From: an uncultured Bacilli bacterium | GTDB lineage: Bacteria > Bacillota_I > Bacilli_A > RF39 > UBA660 | Assembly: GCA_934099115.1 (NCBI GenBank) | Contig: CAKOPK010000001.1 | Location: forward strand, 85,756-149,755 | Length of the DNA stretch: 64,000 nucleotides | Direction: 5' to 3' | In this document: in pieces, positions 63,901 to 64,000 of the stretch | Layout: the number at the start of each line of letters is the position of its first letter | Position numbering within the stretch: position 1 is the stretch's first letter | Position numbers and translations under genes: made by a program | Notes under the pieces: model-generated | What the model was told of the DNA's origin: nothing | What the model saw: the letters and a program-made list of their open reading frames with translations, nothing else | Database searches by the model: none

Positions 63901-64000
63901 GATTTTGACCACATCAAATTTGGCCGAAAATAGCCATTTGACCACATTTAGACCACAAAATTTTGAGTTGTTGGCAAAACTATTCAATGAATGTGAATAA

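Overview
This is a low-GC (~28%) chromosomal window from an endospore-forming Firmicute, read with the standard genetic code (TGA is a stop). It spans the replication origin. dnaA, dnaN, a comK-like gene, recF, gyrB and gyrA lie on the minus strand. rpmH, rnpA, yidC and jag lie on the plus strand, with DnaA-box clusters between the two sets. The rest of the backbone looks like the origin-proximal region of a Bacillus/Clostridium-type genome: uvrB, mfd, pth, holB, bofA, recR, ybaB, dnaX, tadA, a short SRP RNA, rpiB, tatD, ksgA, yabG, veg, spoVG, yabP, yabQ, divIC, cwlD, prfA, prmC, rpoE(delta), argS, a class A PBP, gpmI, spo0A, tpiA, pgk, spoIID, a spoIIQ-like gene, a spoIIID-like gene, cspA, hpf and secA. 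No rRNA, tRNA, CRISPR array, transposase or integrase was seen. Several features stand out from this backbone. (1) Three paralogous modules each pair a tandem-HTH XRE regulator with a divergently transcribed secreted protein, and each secreted-protein gene sits behind a near-identical perfect-consensus sigma-A promoter. (2) Six perfect parS palindromes sit inside a ~240-bp tandem repeat between the SRP RNA and gyrA, interleaved with DnaA boxes. (3) There is a convergent agr-like quorum-sensing locus (agrA and agrC one way, agrD and agrB the other) whose AgrD has no Cys or Ser at the usual ring position. (4) A 22-26 bp palindrome with a CCCGGG core occurs four times, in frame inside recF, dnaX and a methyltransferase gene, and over the mfd stop codon. 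(5) Several genes have unusual structure. A spoIIID-like ORF and divIC both lack a canonical start codon but have good Shine-Dalgarno sequences followed by AUU or AUA. The spoIIID-like ORF is also fused to a ~190-aa extension. A zinc-ribbon/bPH/FtsK-gamma gene is split at an A8 tract. The 3' end of secA plus its terminator is duplicated ~2 kb downstream. spo0A sits inside the glycolytic gene cluster behind tandem 0A boxes.
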